Positions 38,390-48,546 of a DNA stretch of 64,000 nucleotides are shown in pieces. The notes under the pieces are model-generated. The model searched no databases. It was not told the DNA's origin and saw only the letters and a program-made list of their open reading frames with translations. Source of the DNA: Methanobacteriota archaeon (GTDB lineage Archaea > JAADCQ01 > Methanopyri > Methanopyrales > Methanopyraceae); the NCBI GenBank assembly GCA_027064425.1, contig JAMOPO010000057.1, forward strand, positions 1 through 64,000, written 5' to 3'. The position numbers were made by a program, and so were the translations under genes. Positions within the stretch are counted from its first letter, which is position 1. Each line of letters opens with the position of its first letter.

Positions 38390-38830
38390 TTGGACCCGAC
38401 GCTCGACTTCGAGATCACCCTCACCGAGCTGGACGTGCCCGGTCCGGTGCGGCAGGACGCGGTGGGACTCCTCAGGTGCGTGCTCGACGCCCTCGAGGGC
38501 GCCGACGCCCACATCACCGCCAAGCATCGCCGCGAGGCCCGGGCCGTGGTCGAGGCCGAGGACGTGCGAGCCAGCGTGATCGTCGAGCTGGGATCCAGGC
38601 GCCCGAGGCTCTCCGCCACGGTGGACGACCCGAGGTTCCCGGAGGACGTGCTCGTCCGCGCGTCCGAGACCGGGGTCCGCTCCTTCTCGTTCGACGTCCA
38701 GGGGGAGTCGCTGCGCCTTCAAGGACGGTTCGACGTCGGGTACGTGCAGGTCGAGGTCGTGGGCGGTGAGCTGGGTCGGGAGCTGCTGGACCGGCTGCGG
38801 GAGCGGGGGCTGCACGTCGTCGAGGTCTAG
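38390..38830 (+). CDS. Hypothetical protein
   Basis: 146-aa ORF with genome-typical composition. Confidence 0.6.
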   Translation: MDPTLDFEITLTELDVPGPVRQDAVGLLRCVLDALEGADAHITAKHRREARAVVEAEDVRASVIVELGSRRPRLSATVDDPRFPEDVLVRASETGVRSFSFDVQGESLRLQGRFDVGYVQVEVVGGELGRELLDRLRERGLHVVEV

Positions 38831-38893
38831 GCGTCGGCAAAGGGGGAGCTCCTCATCCCGGCGTCGGCCATGCGGAGACCTCCTCATCCGGCC
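38830..38893 (-). ncRNA. Box C/D guide sRNA candidate
   Basis: CGGATGA-GGAGGTCTCCGCATGG-CCGA-CGCC-GGGATGA-GGAGCTCCCCCTTTG-CCGA; fills the whole convergent spacer. Confidence 0.75.
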
Positions 38894-39951
38894 GCGAGCT
38901 CCTCACAGAGGGTAACGAACCTTTCGCGGGCGTTCCCACCGAACAGCTCCCGTCCCCGCTCGCCCATCTCCCGCAGCCGGTCCTCACCGGCCTCCATGGC
39001 CTCGCTGACCGCCCGCACGACGCTCTCCTCGTCCGCCGCGTCCTCCGCCGCGAAGGCCACCCCCAACCGCTCGAGCTTCTTCGCCGTCACGTACTGGTGG
39101 TCCCGCAGGACGTCCCGGCGCGGCAGGACGACCACCGGCTTCCCGAGGGCGGCCGCCTCGACCGGCGTGGCCCCGCCCAGGCACACGATCAGCCGGGCCG
39201 CCTTGAGCAGGGCGGGGAAGTCGTGGAAGAACCGGCGCGCGACCACCCGCCGGCAGCCGCCCTCGAGCCTCCGTTCCAGTCGCTCCGGGTCCATGGCCCG
39301 GCCCGTGTTCACCACCACGTCCCAGCCCTCGAGGAGCCCCCGCTCGGCGCAGGCGACCAGCGCGCGCAGCGCGGGCTCGTACCCGCCGGAGCCGGTCGTC
39401 CACACCAGGACGCGCTCCCCGAGGTCGTACTTGGAGCGGGCCTCCTCCGGGTCCGCCTCGTCGAAGGCCCGCGGGAGCACGATCCCCACGCTCACGGCCC
39501 GATCACCGTAGTACTCCTTCATGTCCCGGTCCCACACGCCGACGAGGTCCGCGCAGTACTTGGCGACGCGGCCGGAGACCGAGACGACGTCCGTGGGCTC
39601 GTAGTGGGCGACGGGCAGGCCGCGGAGCTTGCCGACGATCATGGGTCCGATGGCCACGCCGGCCCCGGTGGAGAGGACGAGGTCGGGGTCCACCTCGGCC
39701 AGCGCTCGCCGGGCGCGCAGGAGATTGCGCAGACCCCCAAGAGCCGCGCGCCAGACCGGGTCCCCCACGCGGCGCGGTCTCGGCAGGCCGATGCGCTCCT
39801 TGAAGCCGGCGCGGTCCAGCCGCTCCCGGGCCTGCTCGGAGTCCTCGTTCACGGCGAAGACCACCTCGTGACCCCGGTCCTCGAGCTCCTCGGCGAGGGC
39901 CACGGCCCGAGTCAGGTGACCCCCGTCCCCTGAAGCTATTAGCACGCGCAT
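38884..39951 (-). CDS. MurG-like GT28 glycosyltransferase (pseudomurein-related)
   Basis: ATG 39951; SGDGGH, STGAG, TTGSGG, GGAT.VEAAALGKP, DHQ..TAK. Confidence 0.82.
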   Translation of the reverse strand: MRVLIASGDGGHLTRAVALAEELEDRGHEVVFAVNEDSEQARERLDRAGFKERIGLPRPRRVGDPVWRAALGGLRNLLRARRALAEVDPDLVLSTGAGVAIGPMIVGKLRGLPVAHYEPTDVVSVSGRVAKYCADLVGVWDRDMKEYYGDRAVSVGIVLPRAFDEADPEEARSKYDLGERVLVWTTGSGGYEPALRALVACAERGLLEGWDVVVNTGRAMDPERLERRLEGGCRRVVARRFFHDFPALLKAARLIVCLGGATPVEAAALGKPVVVLPRRDVLRDHQYVTAKKLERLGVAFAAEDAADEESVVRAVSEAMEAGEDRLREMGERGRELFGGNARERFVTLCEELAAG

Positions 39952-39976
39952 CGCCGGCCTCCCCCGGGGAGCCGGG

Positions 39977-41185
39977 TTGAGCGTCGAGGTGGGGATCGTC
40001 GGGAAGCCGAACGTGGGGAAGAGCACGTTCTTCGCGGCCGCGACCCTCTCCACGGTGGAGACGGGCGACTACCCGTTCACCACGGTCGACCCCAATAAGG
40101 GCGTGGCGCACGTCGTCTCGGAGTGCCCGTGCCGGGAGTTCGGGGTGGAGTGTGACCCCCGGAACTCCGAGTGCGTGGAGGGGAAGCGGTTCGTCCCGGT
40201 GGAGCTGATCGACGTGGCGGGTCTGGTTCCGGGGGCCCACGAGGGCCGCGGGCTCGGCAATCAGTTCCTGGACGACCTCCGGCAGGCGACGGTGCTGATC
40301 CACGTGGTGGACGCGGCGGGGGCGACGGACGAGGAGGGGCAGCCGTGCGAGCCGTGCTCGCGGGACCCGGTCGAGGACGTGCGGTTCCTGGAGCGCGAGC
40401 TGGACGAGTGGATCGCGGGCATCCTGTCGAGGGACTGGGATCGGACGGTGAAGCGGGCGAGCCTGGAGAAGAAGCCGGCGGCTGAGGTGCTGCGGGAGCG
40501 GCTGGCTGGCATCGGGGTGTCGATGGAGGACGTGGAGAGGGCGCTGGACGAGGCGGAGGTGCCGGACGATCTCGAGGAGTGGTCGGAGGAGGACCTGCGC
40601 CGGTTCGCCCGGGAGATCCGGAGGGTGAACAAGCCGGCGGTGATCGCGGCGAACAAGGCGGACATCGACTGCGCGGAGAAGTACATCAAGCGGCTGAGAA
40701 GGGAGGTCGAGTACCCGGTCGTGCCGACGTGCGCGGAGGCCGAGCTGGCCCTGCGCCGGGCGGCGGAGCAGGGGCTCATCCGCTACCTGCCGGGGGAGGG
40801 CGACTTCGAGGTCCTGAAGGAGGACGAGCTCAGCGACGAGCAGCACGAGGCGCTGGAGTTCATCCGGGAGAAGGTGCTGAAGCGGTGGGGGTCGACGGGC
40901 GTCCAGGAGGCGATCAACAGGGCCGTTTTCGACGTGGCCGGGATGATCCTGGTTTACCCGGTCGAGAACGAGAACAAGCTGACGGACTCGGAGGGGAACG
41001 TGCTCCCGGACGCGTTCCTAGTGAGGGAGGGGACGACGGTCCGGGAGCTGGCCTACAAGATCCACACGGAGATCGGAGAGAGTTTTAATAGAGCGGTGAT
41101 CGTGAGGCCAGACGGGTCCCAGGAGGTCGTGGGTGAGGATTACGAGCTCGAGCACGGTGACGTGGTCAAGATCCAGACCTCTTAG
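39977..41185 (+). CDS. ychF: Translation-associated GTPase/ATPase YchF
   Basis: [44 protein letters not shown] domain. Confidence 0.94.
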   Translation: MSVEVGIVGKPNVGKSTFFAAATLSTVETGDYPFTTVDPNKGVAHVVSECPCREFGVECDPRNSECVEGKRFVPVELIDVAGLVPGAHEGRGLGNQFLDDLRQATVLIHVVDAAGATDEEGQPCEPCSRDPVEDVRFLERELDEWIAGILSRDWDRTVKRASLEKKPAAEVLRERLAGIGVSMEDVERALDEAEVPDDLEEWSEEDLRRFAREIRRVNKPAVIAANKADIDCAEKYIKRLRREVEYPVVPTCAEAELALRRAAEQGLIRYLPGEGDFEVLKEDELSDEQHEALEFIREKVLKRWGSTGVQEAINRAVFDVAGMILVYPVENENKLTDSEGNVLPDAFLVREGTTVRELAYKIHTEIGESFNRAVIVRPDGSQEVVGEDYELEHGDVVKIQTS

Positions 41186-41203
41186 GTTCGGGGGTGACCC
41201 CCG

Positions 41204-41677
41204 CTGGTCCCCGCCCTGCTCCTGGCCCTGTGCCTGATCGTGGGCGTCGTCGGCCCCGCCGCGTGCGCGGAGGTGAAGCCCGAGCTGCAGCGGGATCAGG
41301 AGCGCGCACTAGCGCAGTCGTCGGAGGAGCAGGTAAACACCCCGCCCAACGAGGCCGTGAAGCCGATGGTTCCAGAGTCGGGCTCGAAGGTGGAGGAGTC
41401 GGTGGCACCGAGCAGCAGGGAGGAGGCCCCGGAGGAGAAGGTCGTGCGGGCCTCGGAGAGGTCGGGTCCGGTCAGGGAGAAGAAGTCTGAGAGCGCGGGC
41501 GGCGGGCGAGTCGCCGAGAACCTGAAGACGAGGCTCCGTCAGCCGGACGTGGCGGAGAGGAACAACGTGAGCGCGCAGCTGCTGGTGGGTGCCCTGATCG
41601 CGGCCCTGGTGGGCGCTTACAGCATCGCGAGCCGGAAAAAGGGTGAGGGAGGCGTGGCGAAGGTCCCAGCGGCCTAG
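41204..41677 (+). CDS. Small secreted/membrane-anchored protein, probable CTG start
   Basis: SD GGGGTGA then CTG restores signal peptide LVPALLLALCLIVGVVGPAACA; C-terminal TM plus RKK. Confidence 0.65.
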   Translation: MVPALLLALCLIVGVVGPAACAEVKPELQRDQERALAQSSEEQVNTPPNEAVKPMVPESGSKVEESVAPSSREEAPEEKVVRASERSGPVREKKSESAGGGRVAENLKTRLRQPDVAERNNVSAQLLVGALIAALVGAYSIASRKKGEGGVAKVPAA

Positions 41678-41687
41678 TCGGACCCGC

Positions 41688-41951
41688 CTAGTCGGACTCG
41701 GACTGCATGATCTCGTCCGCCGCCTTAATCGCCGCCTCCGCGGCCTTCTCCACCGCCTCCTCGATCTCCTCGTCGGACAGCTCGCTCAGAGGGTGGACGG
41801 TGACCTCGACGCGAACGTCCACGTCGTCCCCGTCAACGACCACTCGAACGTCCACGTCCTCCAGGTCACGCTTGGGAATCCGGCGGTAAAGCTCCCTCAA
41901 CGCCACCTCCTGGATTTTTTCCACCTCCTCCACACTCAGCTCCCGGGGCAT
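41688..41951 (-). CDS. DUF3194/UPF0440-like small acidic protein
   Basis: MPRELSVEEVEKIQEVA..DVDVRVEV..EEAVEKAAEAA; follows pfdB. Confidence 0.8.
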   Translation of the reverse strand: MPRELSVEEVEKIQEVALRELYRRIPKRDLEDVDVRVVVDGDDVDVRVEVTVHPLSELSDEEIEEAVEKAAEAAIKAADEIMQSESD

Positions 41952-41958
41952 CGGTACG

Positions 41959-42336
41959 CTAGGCGGCCCCTCCACCTCCTCCAGCCTGCTGCTGTTGCTG
42001 CTGCAGGACCTTCTGGAGGCGCTTCTGGAGGCTCTCGATCTGCTCCTGCACCCGCTTCTCCTGCTTCTCCAGCGTCTTGACTCGGAGCTCCAGCGTCTCC
42101 TTACGGTCCTCCAGCTCCTCCTTGACCTCGTCCTTATCCGCCTCGATGAGCAGACCGCCCACGGTCTTGTAGATCCGCGTCTCCTCCTCGATCTCCTCCA
42201 GCTCCTCGAGCGCGCGCTCGATCTCACGCAGCTGCATCTCGAGCTGCTGCTTCTGAGCGACGATCGAGCTCAACTGCTGCTGGAGCTGCTGAAGCTGAGC
42301 CACCTGCTGCTCAACGTTCTGCTGCTGTTGAGCCAT
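41959..42336 (-). CDS. pfdB: Prefoldin beta subunit
   Basis: ALEELE..IYKTVGGLLIE..ETLELRVKTLEKQE; poly-Gln termini. Confidence 0.95.
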   Translation of the reverse strand: MAQQQQNVEQQVAQLQQLQQQLSSIVAQKQQLEMQLREIERALEELEEIEEETRIYKTVGGLLIEADKDEVKEELEDRKETLELRVKTLEKQEKRVQEQIESLQKRLQKVLQQQQQQAGGGGGAA

Positions 42337-42625
42337 CCTCTCGCCCCCCTTCCAGGAGCTTGAGCACGTTTTCGGACACGGTAAGGAGCCGGAGCGTCCC
42401 GGTAACGGAGGCCCTCAAGGCCGGGATGTCCTCGGCCAGGATGGTTATTTGTATGTTATTACCCCGGCGCTCGGCCCGAACCTCGCTCCTCTTGGTCGGC
42501 ATCGCCTCGAGGTCCGGGAGGACGGCCTCGTAGACGACCCGAGCCGCCCGCTCCGACTCGAACTCCGCCTCGCACTCGAACTCGTGCAGGGGGCGACCCA
42601 CCGAGCCCATCCCCGACTCGAACAC
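42311..42625 (-). CDS. pcc1: KEOPS subunit Pcc1
   Basis: ARVVYEAVLPD, RSEV, ILAEDIPALRASV; start uncertain. Confidence 0.88.
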   Translation of the reverse strand: MFESGMGSVGRPLHEFECEAEFESERAARVVYEAVLPDLEAMPTKRSEVRAERRGNNIQITILAEDIPALRASVTGTLRLLTVSENVLKLLEGGREDGSTAAER

Positions 42626-42675
42626 CGGGTTAAGCCTCGAATTAGATTGAGCCTCGAACTGGATCTCGACTCGGA

Positions 42676-43263
42676 TTAGATCTCGAACTTGCGGTCCCGG
42701 ATCTCGAACCGGCGGTAGAAGATGGAGGGGCCGACCTTCTCGGAGCCTCGGTAGAAGGTGATCGTGCCCAGGTGCGTAGGGTGGCTCTCGATCACCAGGA
42801 GCGCGTCAGCGAAGGCCTCGTCGAGCACGTCCTCAAGGGAGCCCGTGCGGGGAACGAACTCGACTCCGAGGAGGTCGGAGAGGGCCTCCGCCACCTTCAC
42901 GTGGCCGGAGACGGGGCGCTTGGACGTGGTGATCGCGAGCGTGCCCTCCACGTTGATGCGCTTCGCGTCGTGGTGCGAGAACTCGCGCTGGAGCTTAACG
43001 CCTCCCAGGGAGAAGTAGAGGCGCTCGCGCGGCGGGATCTCGGAGATGTCGATGACGGTGATCCGGGCGGGGTTACCCTTCGCCTCTGAGATGTACAGCA
43101 GGGTTTCCGCGTCGTTCTCCAGGGCCTCGAGCACGGTGTCTCGGAGGTTCTTGGTGCCCCGCTGGACGTAGACGGCCTCGGGGATGGCGCACTCGAGGTC
43201 GCGGCAGAGGGATCGCGTGCGGCGGGTGGGGCGCTGGGAGGTGGTGATGGCGACGACTTTCAA
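42676..43263 (-). CDS. Brix/Imp4-domain ribosome biogenesis protein
   Basis: TTG 43263; ITTSQRPTRRTRSLCRDL, RGTKNL, KGNP; second ITTSKRP repeat. Confidence 0.9.
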   Translation of the reverse strand: MKVVAITTSQRPTRRTRSLCRDLECAIPEAVYVQRGTKNLRDTVLEALENDAETLLYISEAKGNPARITVIDISEIPPRERLYFSLGGVKLQREFSHHDAKRINVEGTLAITTSKRPVSGHVKVAEALSDLLGVEFVPRTGSLEDVLDEAFADALLVIESHPTHLGTITFYRGSEKVGPSIFYRRFEIRDRKFEI

Positions 43264-43427
43264 CGGGCCTTGTACCTCCTGGGCACCGGCTGCCGCGGCT
43301 TCATGACGATTCTGAACCCGCAGTGGGTGCACCGGATGGGGTCCTCGTTGATGTTCAGCCGCACCTTCTTGCCGCAGCGCATGCAGACGTACTCGTACTT
43401 CTCCTCCTCTTCCTCGTAGGCGACCAT
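43260..43427 (-). CDS. rpoP: RNA polymerase subunit Rpo12/P (not in ORF track)
   Basis: MVAYEEEEEKYEYVCMRCGKKVRLNINEDPIRCTHCGFRIVMKPRQPVPRRYKAR. Confidence 0.93.
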   Translation of the reverse strand: MVAYEEEEEKYEYVCMRCGKKVRLNINEDPIRCTHCGFRIVMKPRQPVPRRYKAR

Positions 43428-43428
43428 G

Positions 43429-43707
43429 TTACCGCTCCTCCTCTTCCTCTAGGGCCTTTCGAATGGCTCGCTCCACCATTCTCTGGGCCTCGGTCTCCGG
43501 GTAGTACGCGCCGCCCGCGAACTCCGTGCCGCACTTGGTGCACCGCCAGATGCCGGTGCCCACGCGCTTCACGGCCTTCCGGTGGCACACCGGGCACTCG
43601 TGCTTCTGGCGCTGGACGGACTCGATCTCGGCCACCCGACGCCGGATGCGCATTCCGTACCTCGGGCCGAACCGGCCGGCGGGTCCTACCTTCTTGGTCC
43701 GACCCAT
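43429..43707 (-). CDS. rpl37ae: 50S ribosomal protein L37Ae
   Basis: [33 protein letters not shown]. Confidence 0.97.
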   Translation of the reverse strand: MGRTKKVGPAGRFGPRYGMRIRRRVAEIESVQRQKHECPVCHRKAVKRVGTGIWRCTKCGTEFAGGAYYPETEAQRMVERAIRKALEEEEER

Positions 43708-43725
43708 CGCGCCTCACCCCCGGGC

Positions 43726-44529
43726 TCAGAGCTGCGCCTTGACGACCCCCCTAATTTCTTCCGCCTTTTTCACGGCCAGGTCGATGGCGTCGTCGAGCAG
43801 GTGCTCGGGGAGCGAGCCGCGCTCGCCCTTCTGCACCGCGCAGATTCGGCCCTCCTCGGTCACGGTGACGGTGATGCGGGCGTCCATGACCACCTCCTCG
43901 TCGAGGCAGGGGTCGACCAGGAGGTGCTCGTCCACGAGGGCGATGGTCACGGAGACGGGGAAGTCGCGGACCTCGAGCGGGGTCAGCTCGGTCTCGTCGA
44001 CCTCGACCTCGTCGTCCACCACCTCGGCCTTGGGCACCCTGGTCCGGTGCAGGGCGGTGACGGAGCCCAGCAGTGAGGCGTCGAACAGGTTACCGTCGTG
44101 GTCCAGCACGTGGATGTCCACGAAGGTGACCCAGCAGTGCTCGCCCTCCTCGATGCACAGGGACTTCATGTCGATCATCTCGGACTCCCGGATGCCTCGG
44201 TCCACGACGCGGGAGAGCTCGATGGCGTTCTCGTCGGGCGGGCCGGGCTCGAAGGTCGGGTCGGCGAGGGGTACGAGCTCGGCGTTCACGGCCAGGGCGC
44301 CCTCGTCGGGGGAGTCGGGGTACGGGGTGCCCACCTCCAGCTTGACGCCGACGACGAGCTGGGTGTTGCCCAGGCGGACGAGGGCGGAGCCGTTGGCCTT
44401 CGCGATCACGTCCGGCTGGACCTCGATGGGCCGGAACTCCTCGAAGTCGCGACCGTCCACGCGCTCGCCGGCCTTGATCGCCTCCAGGACCTCGTGCCGC
44501 TTGATCCGGGCGAGCAGGTCCTGGTCCAA
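43726..44529 (-). CDS. rrp42: Exosome subunit Rrp42
   Basis: RVDGR, KANGSALVRLGNT, FEPGPPDENAIELSRVVDRGIRES, DHDGN. Confidence 0.96.
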   Translation of the reverse strand: MDQDLLARIKRHEVLEAIKAGERVDGRDFEEFRPIEVQPDVIAKANGSALVRLGNTQLVVGVKLEVGTPYPDSPDEGALAVNAELVPLADPTFEPGPPDENAIELSRVVDRGIRESEMIDMKSLCIEEGEHCWVTFVDIHVLDHDGNLFDASLLGSVTALHRTRVPKAEVVDDEVEVDETELTPLEVRDFPVSVTIALVDEHLLVDPCLDEEVVMDARITVTVTEEGRICAVQKGERGSLPEHLLDDAIDLAVKKAEEIRGVVKAQL

Positions 44530-44541
44530 GGCGCGCGACCC

Positions 44542-45270
44542 CTACTCCTCTCCGTACTTACGCTTGAGCGCCCTCCGCTGCTCCTTGTAGACGATCTTGC
44601 AGCCCTTCTTGGCCAGCTTGACGGCCTTCTTGAACTCCTCAGGGGTCATGTCGCCGTCCATCTGAAGCAGGGTGATCTCGCCCTCCTTGGGCATCATCGC
44701 GAGCGGGACGTCCGCCTCGCCGTAGCCGTCCTCGTAGTACATCGGGTCGAGCACGATGTGCCCGTCCACCTTGCCCGCGGCGCAGGCGGCGACGAGGTCC
44801 CGCATCTCGATCCCCGCGTCGGCGAGGGCGACCGAGGCCGCAGTGATCCCCGCGCACCGCGTGCCCGCGTCCGCCTGCAGGACCTCGACGAAGATGTCGA
44901 TGGCCGTGCGCGGGTAGTACTCCGTGAAGATCGCCGGCTCCAGCGCCTCCTTGGACAGCTTGGAGATCTCGATCGAGCGCCGGTCGGGCCCCGGCCGCTT
45001 CCGCTCGTCCACGGAGAACGGGGCCATGTTGTACCGGAACCGCACCACGGCCCGGTCCGGCTTCTGCTTGTGCCGCGGGTGCAGCTCCCGGGGCCCGTAC
45101 ACGGCCGCCACGATCCGGTTAGCGCCCAGCTCCACGTACGCGGACCCGTCCGCGCGCTTGAGCACTCCGGCCTTGATCTTGAGCGGGCGCATCTCGTCGG
45201 GCTTCCGACCGTCGAGCCGGAGCCCGTCCTCCGAGATCAGACGCTCCGGCTCCTCCTCCGGCATGCCCAC
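44542..45270 (-). CDS. rrp41: Exosome subunit Rrp41
   Basis: [37 protein letters not shown]. Confidence 0.97.
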   Translation of the reverse strand: MGMPEEEPERLISEDGLRLDGRKPDEMRPLKIKAGVLKRADGSAYVELGANRIVAAVYGPRELHPRHKQKPDRAVVRFRYNMAPFSVDERKRPGPDRRSIEISKLSKEALEPAIFTEYYPRTAIDIFVEVLQADAGTRCAGITAASVALADAGIEMRDLVAACAAGKVDGHIVLDPMYYEDGYGEADVPLAMMPKEGEITLLQMDGDMTPEEFKKAVKLAKKGCKIVYKEQRRALKRKYGEE

Positions 45271-45990
45271 TCACCACCGCGAGAGCCTCCTGATGTTGGA
45301 CTTCAACCAGTCGGTCAGGCCCTCGAGGTGCGACCGACGCTCGATCTCCCGCAGGGCGCGGGCCGCCAGGGCCTCCCGCTCGCGCTTGGGCTCCTCCCGA
45401 GCCTTGACGTAGATCCGCCCGTTGGCGCCCACGATGATGTCGCACTTGAGCTCCCGCTTGAGCATCTTGATCATGGAGCCCTCGCGGCCGATCACTCGGG
45501 GGACCTTAACCGGGTCGATGTCGACCACGCGCCCCCCTTCCAGCCTGCCCAAGCGCACCGGGGCGTCCTCCTCCAGGATCGAGATCTCGATCCGCTGCAC
45601 CGGGTTGACGTCCTTGACGACCGCCGCGAGCACGTCACCCTCCTTGAAGTACTTCGACAGGTCCGTTTCGATCAGATCCACCTCCTCCTCCAGCGCGTTG
45701 GAGACGTGCAGGATGGCCGGGAGCGGCGCTCGGATATCGACGAGCCAGGTGGAGAACCGGACCTCCTGGACGACGCCGACGACCAGGTCGCCCGGGGTGG
45801 GCCGGTAGGGGCCGGCGAGCGGGATGACGCGGATCGTGCGCCCCTGGACGTCGGCCAGCCCGGTCACCTTGGAGTAGACCTTGTCCTTCTCCATGTAAGT
45901 GCCCTCGCTGGCCACGACCTGCCCCTCCGCCAGCCGCTCGCCCGGGGTGACGACCTCCCGGTCCTTGACGTGCATCTCGTACTCCGACAA
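45271..45990 (-). CDS. rrp4: Exosome RNA-binding subunit Rrp4
   Basis: VVTPGE, IPLAGPY.P..GD, KVPRVIGREGSM, GANGRI. Confidence 0.95.
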   Translation of the reverse strand: MSEYEMHVKDREVVTPGERLAEGQVVASEGTYMEKDKVYSKVTGLADVQGRTIRVIPLAGPYRPTPGDLVVGVVQEVRFSTWLVDIRAPLPAILHVSNALEEEVDLIETDLSKYFKEGDVLAAVVKDVNPVQRIEISILEEDAPVRLGRLEGGRVVDIDPVKVPRVIGREGSMIKMLKRELKCDIIVGANGRIYVKAREEPKREREALAARALREIERRSHLEGLTDWLKSNIRRLSRW

Positions 45991-45997
45991 CGTTCGA

Positions 45998-47059
45998 TCA
46001 CCTCGACACCCGGTCGGGTAGCTTGGGAACGACGTTCGCGGCGAGCTCGAGCGCGTGCTCCGCGTCCTTCAGGTCCAGGACCTCCGCGGGCGAGTGGAGG
46101 TACCTCGTCGGCACGCCGATCACGCCGGCGGGTACGCCGCCGCGGGTGAGGTGGATCGCGGTCGCGTCGGTCGTCCCGCCCTCTCCCACCTCGAGCTGGT
46201 AGGGAATGTCCAGCTCCTTGGCGGTCTCGATGAGGAGCTCCCGGACCTTCGGGTGCGAGATGAGCCCGCGCCCGCTCGCGTCCACGACGGTGATGGCGGG
46301 CCCCTCGCCCAGCTTCAGCTCCGCCTCCTTGACCCCGGGCACGTCCCCGGCGACCGCGGTCTCGAGCACGAGGGCCGCGTGCGGGTAGATCTCGAAGGCC
46401 GACGTCCGGGCCCCTTTCAGCCCGACCTCCTCCTGAACGGTGCCGACGAAGTAGACGGTCGGGTAGTCATCGTCCGCCTCCTCGGCCAGCCGCTCGGCGA
46501 GCGTCAGGAGGAGTGCCACGCCGATCTTGTCGTCCAGGCCGCGCCCGTTCACGCGGTTGGAGGCCAGCTTGGTGAACTCGCCCTGGAGAACGCCCACGTC
46601 CCCAACGCTGACGAGCTCCTCGGCCTCCTCCCTGTCCGACGCGCCGATGTCGATGAACATCTCCCGGTGCTCGGGTACCTTGCGCCGCTCCTTCTTCTTC
46701 TGCACGTGCGGGGGCTTGGTGCCGACGACTCCGGGGACCTTCTCGCCCTCCGAGTTCAGGATCACGACGCGGCTGCCGGGCAGGATCTTGTCGTCCACGC
46801 CGCCCAGCTTGGCGAACTTGAGGAAGCCCTGCTTGGTGATGGACTTGACGATGAACCCGACCTCGTCCATGTGGGCGGCGAGCATTACCTTGTACTTAGA
46901 TCCCTCGAGCGTGCCGATGACGTTGCCCATCACGTCCACGTGGACGTCGTCGCAGCACTCCTCGAGGACCTCGCGGACGTACTCGCGGACCTCGTCCTCG
47001 CGCCCCGGTGGGGCGGGTCGCTCGACCAGCTCGCGCAGGTGCTCCTCGATGCGTTCCAA
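45998..47059 (-). CDS. M42 family (TET) aminopeptidase
   Basis: AAHMDEVG, GLDDKIG, TVQEEVGLKGA, GGTTDA, RYLHSP. Confidence 0.93.
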   Translation of the reverse strand: MERIEEHLRELVERPAPPGREDEVREYVREVLEECCDDVHVDVMGNVIGTLEGSKYKVMLAAHMDEVGFIVKSITKQGFLKFAKLGGVDDKILPGSRVVILNSEGEKVPGVVGTKPPHVQKKKERRKVPEHREMFIDIGASDREEAEELVSVGDVGVLQGEFTKLASNRVNGRGLDDKIGVALLLTLAERLAEEADDDYPTVYFVGTVQEEVGLKGARTSAFEIYPHAALVLETAVAGDVPGVKEAELKLGEGPAITVVDASGRGLISHPKVRELLIETAKELDIPYQLEVGEGGTTDATAIHLTRGGVPAGVIGVPTRYLHSPAEVLDLKDAEHALELAANVVPKLPDRVSR

Positions 47060-47062
47060 GGC

Positions 47063-47785
47063 CTACGGACCCTCCAGCTTCTTGCGCTCGAGGATCTTGC
47101 TCTCGTAGTCGCCCTTCGTGACCTCGTTGAGCTTCTCGAAGAAGTCCTCCTGAACCCCGGCCGGGAGCTTGACCACCGCGATCCAGGAGCCGTCCTCCTG
47201 CCACTCCTCCTGCTCGATGTCACCGTACTCCCGGACGATGCCCATCGCCTGGCCGGTGTACTTCGCGGGGATGCGGATGGCGACCTTCACCTCCTCGAAC
47301 TTCATCGGCAGGTGCGGTCGGAGCTGCTTGATGACCTCCTTGACCTGCTCCTCCGCGCTCTTCATCGGGTCGATGTGGACGCCGGCCTCCTCCATCGCCC
47401 GCTCGATCCGCTCGGGTGGGTGGGGCGCGCCCGTGCGCGGGTCCACGGCCCGCTTGGCGATCATGTGGATGATCTGCTTCTTGACCTCCTCCTGCATCTT
47501 CCGGCGCTGCTCCGCCGTGAGCTGAATCTGGCCCTCCTTGATGATGATCTCCGCGACCTTGGTCGGCTCGGTCGTGCCGAAGACCTCCTCCATCGCCTGC
47601 TCGGAGGCCCGCTCGCCCTTCCTCGCGTCCCGAAACACCTGCTCGACGGCCAGGATCTCCTCCACGTCGACGTCCTCGCCCTCCCGCAGCTTCCGCGCAC
47701 CCTCCGGGTCCACGAGGACCTCGAACCGCTCCCCGCCCTTCTCCAGCCGGGCCACGACGGCCTCCTCAAGGCTGACGCGCGCCAT
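47063..47785 (-). CDS. Ribosome maturation factor SBDS/Sdo1
   Basis: [36 protein letters not shown]. Confidence 0.95.
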   Translation of the reverse strand: MARVSLEEAVVARLEKGGERFEVLVDPEGARKLREGEDVDVEEILAVEQVFRDARKGERASEQAMEEVFGTTEPTKVAEIIIKEGQIQLTAEQRRKMQEEVKKQIIHMIAKRAVDPRTGAPHPPERIERAMEEAGVHIDPMKSAEEQVKEVIKQLRPHLPMKFEEVKVAIRIPAKYTGQAMGIVREYGDIEQEEWQEDGSWIAVVKLPAGVQEDFFEKLNEVTKGDYESKILERKKLEGP

Positions 47786-47787
47786 CG

Positions 47788-48543
47788 CTACCCGGCCCCT
47801 TCGATCTCCTCCGGCTCCTCGCCACCGGTGACCTCGCGGAAGATCTCCTCGATCTTCTCCCGCTCGAGCTTCCGGAACCCGTCCTCATCCACGACGGCGA
47901 TCTCCAGGTTCTCGACCGTGGTCTCCTCCCGGGAGGCCTCGTAGAGGGCCTTCACGGCGAGCTCGACCGCCTCGTCCAGGGACATGTCCTCCCGGTACTC
48001 CTCCTCGAACACGTCCAGCGCCTCCTGACGACCCTCGCCGATGGCCGTCGCCTTGTGCTCGGTCAGCGCACCGCTCGGGTCCGTCTCGAAGAGGCGGCAC
48101 CCCTTCGTGTCCACGCCCGCGATCAGCAGCGCGGTACCGAAGGGTCGGACGCCACCGTGCTGCGTGTACACCTGCTTGAGATCGCAGATGGACTTGACCA
48201 GCACGTCCACGTCGATGGGCTCACCGTACGTGTACCGGTAGGTCTGCGCCTCGACCCGGGCCCGCTCCACCAGCACCCTCGCGTCCGCCACGAGGCCAGC
48301 GGTCGCGGCCCCGATGTGCGTGTCGATCTGGTACACCTTCTCGATGGACTCGGGCTCGATGAGCTTGGAGGTGACCCGCTTGTCGACCCCCAGCACCACG
48401 CCCTCCTCGACCTTGATCCCGAGCGCGGTGGTGCCCCGCTTGACCGCTTCACGCGCGTACTCGACCTGGAACAGCCGGCCGTCCGGGCTGAATACGGTGA
48501 TCGCGCGATCGTACGCGGTCTGGGCCGGCTGCATGGTCAGCAC
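47788..48543 (-). CDS. psmA: Proteasome alpha subunit
   Basis: [39 protein letters not shown]; alternative ATG 48534. Confidence 0.97.
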   Translation of the reverse strand: MLTMQPAQTAYDRAITVFSPDGRLFQVEYAREAVKRGTTALGIKVEEGVVLGVDKRVTSKLIEPESIEKVYQIDTHIGAATAGLVADARVLVERARVEAQTYRYTYGEPIDVDVLVKSICDLKQVYTQHGGVRPFGTALLIAGVDTKGCRLFETDPSGALTEHKATAIGEGRQEALDVFEEEYREDMSLDEAVELAVKALYEASREETTVENLEIAVVDEDGFRKLEREKIEEIFREVTGGEEPEEIEGAG

Positions 48544-48546
48544 CCC

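Noticed and set aside
41672-41697. 12-bp tandem repeat GCCTAGTCGGAC at convergent stops
   Set aside because: Simple local duplication with no element between the copies
42555-42710. Cluster of TTCGAG-like words
   Set aside because: Mostly Phe-Glu codons of flanking genes; irregular spacing
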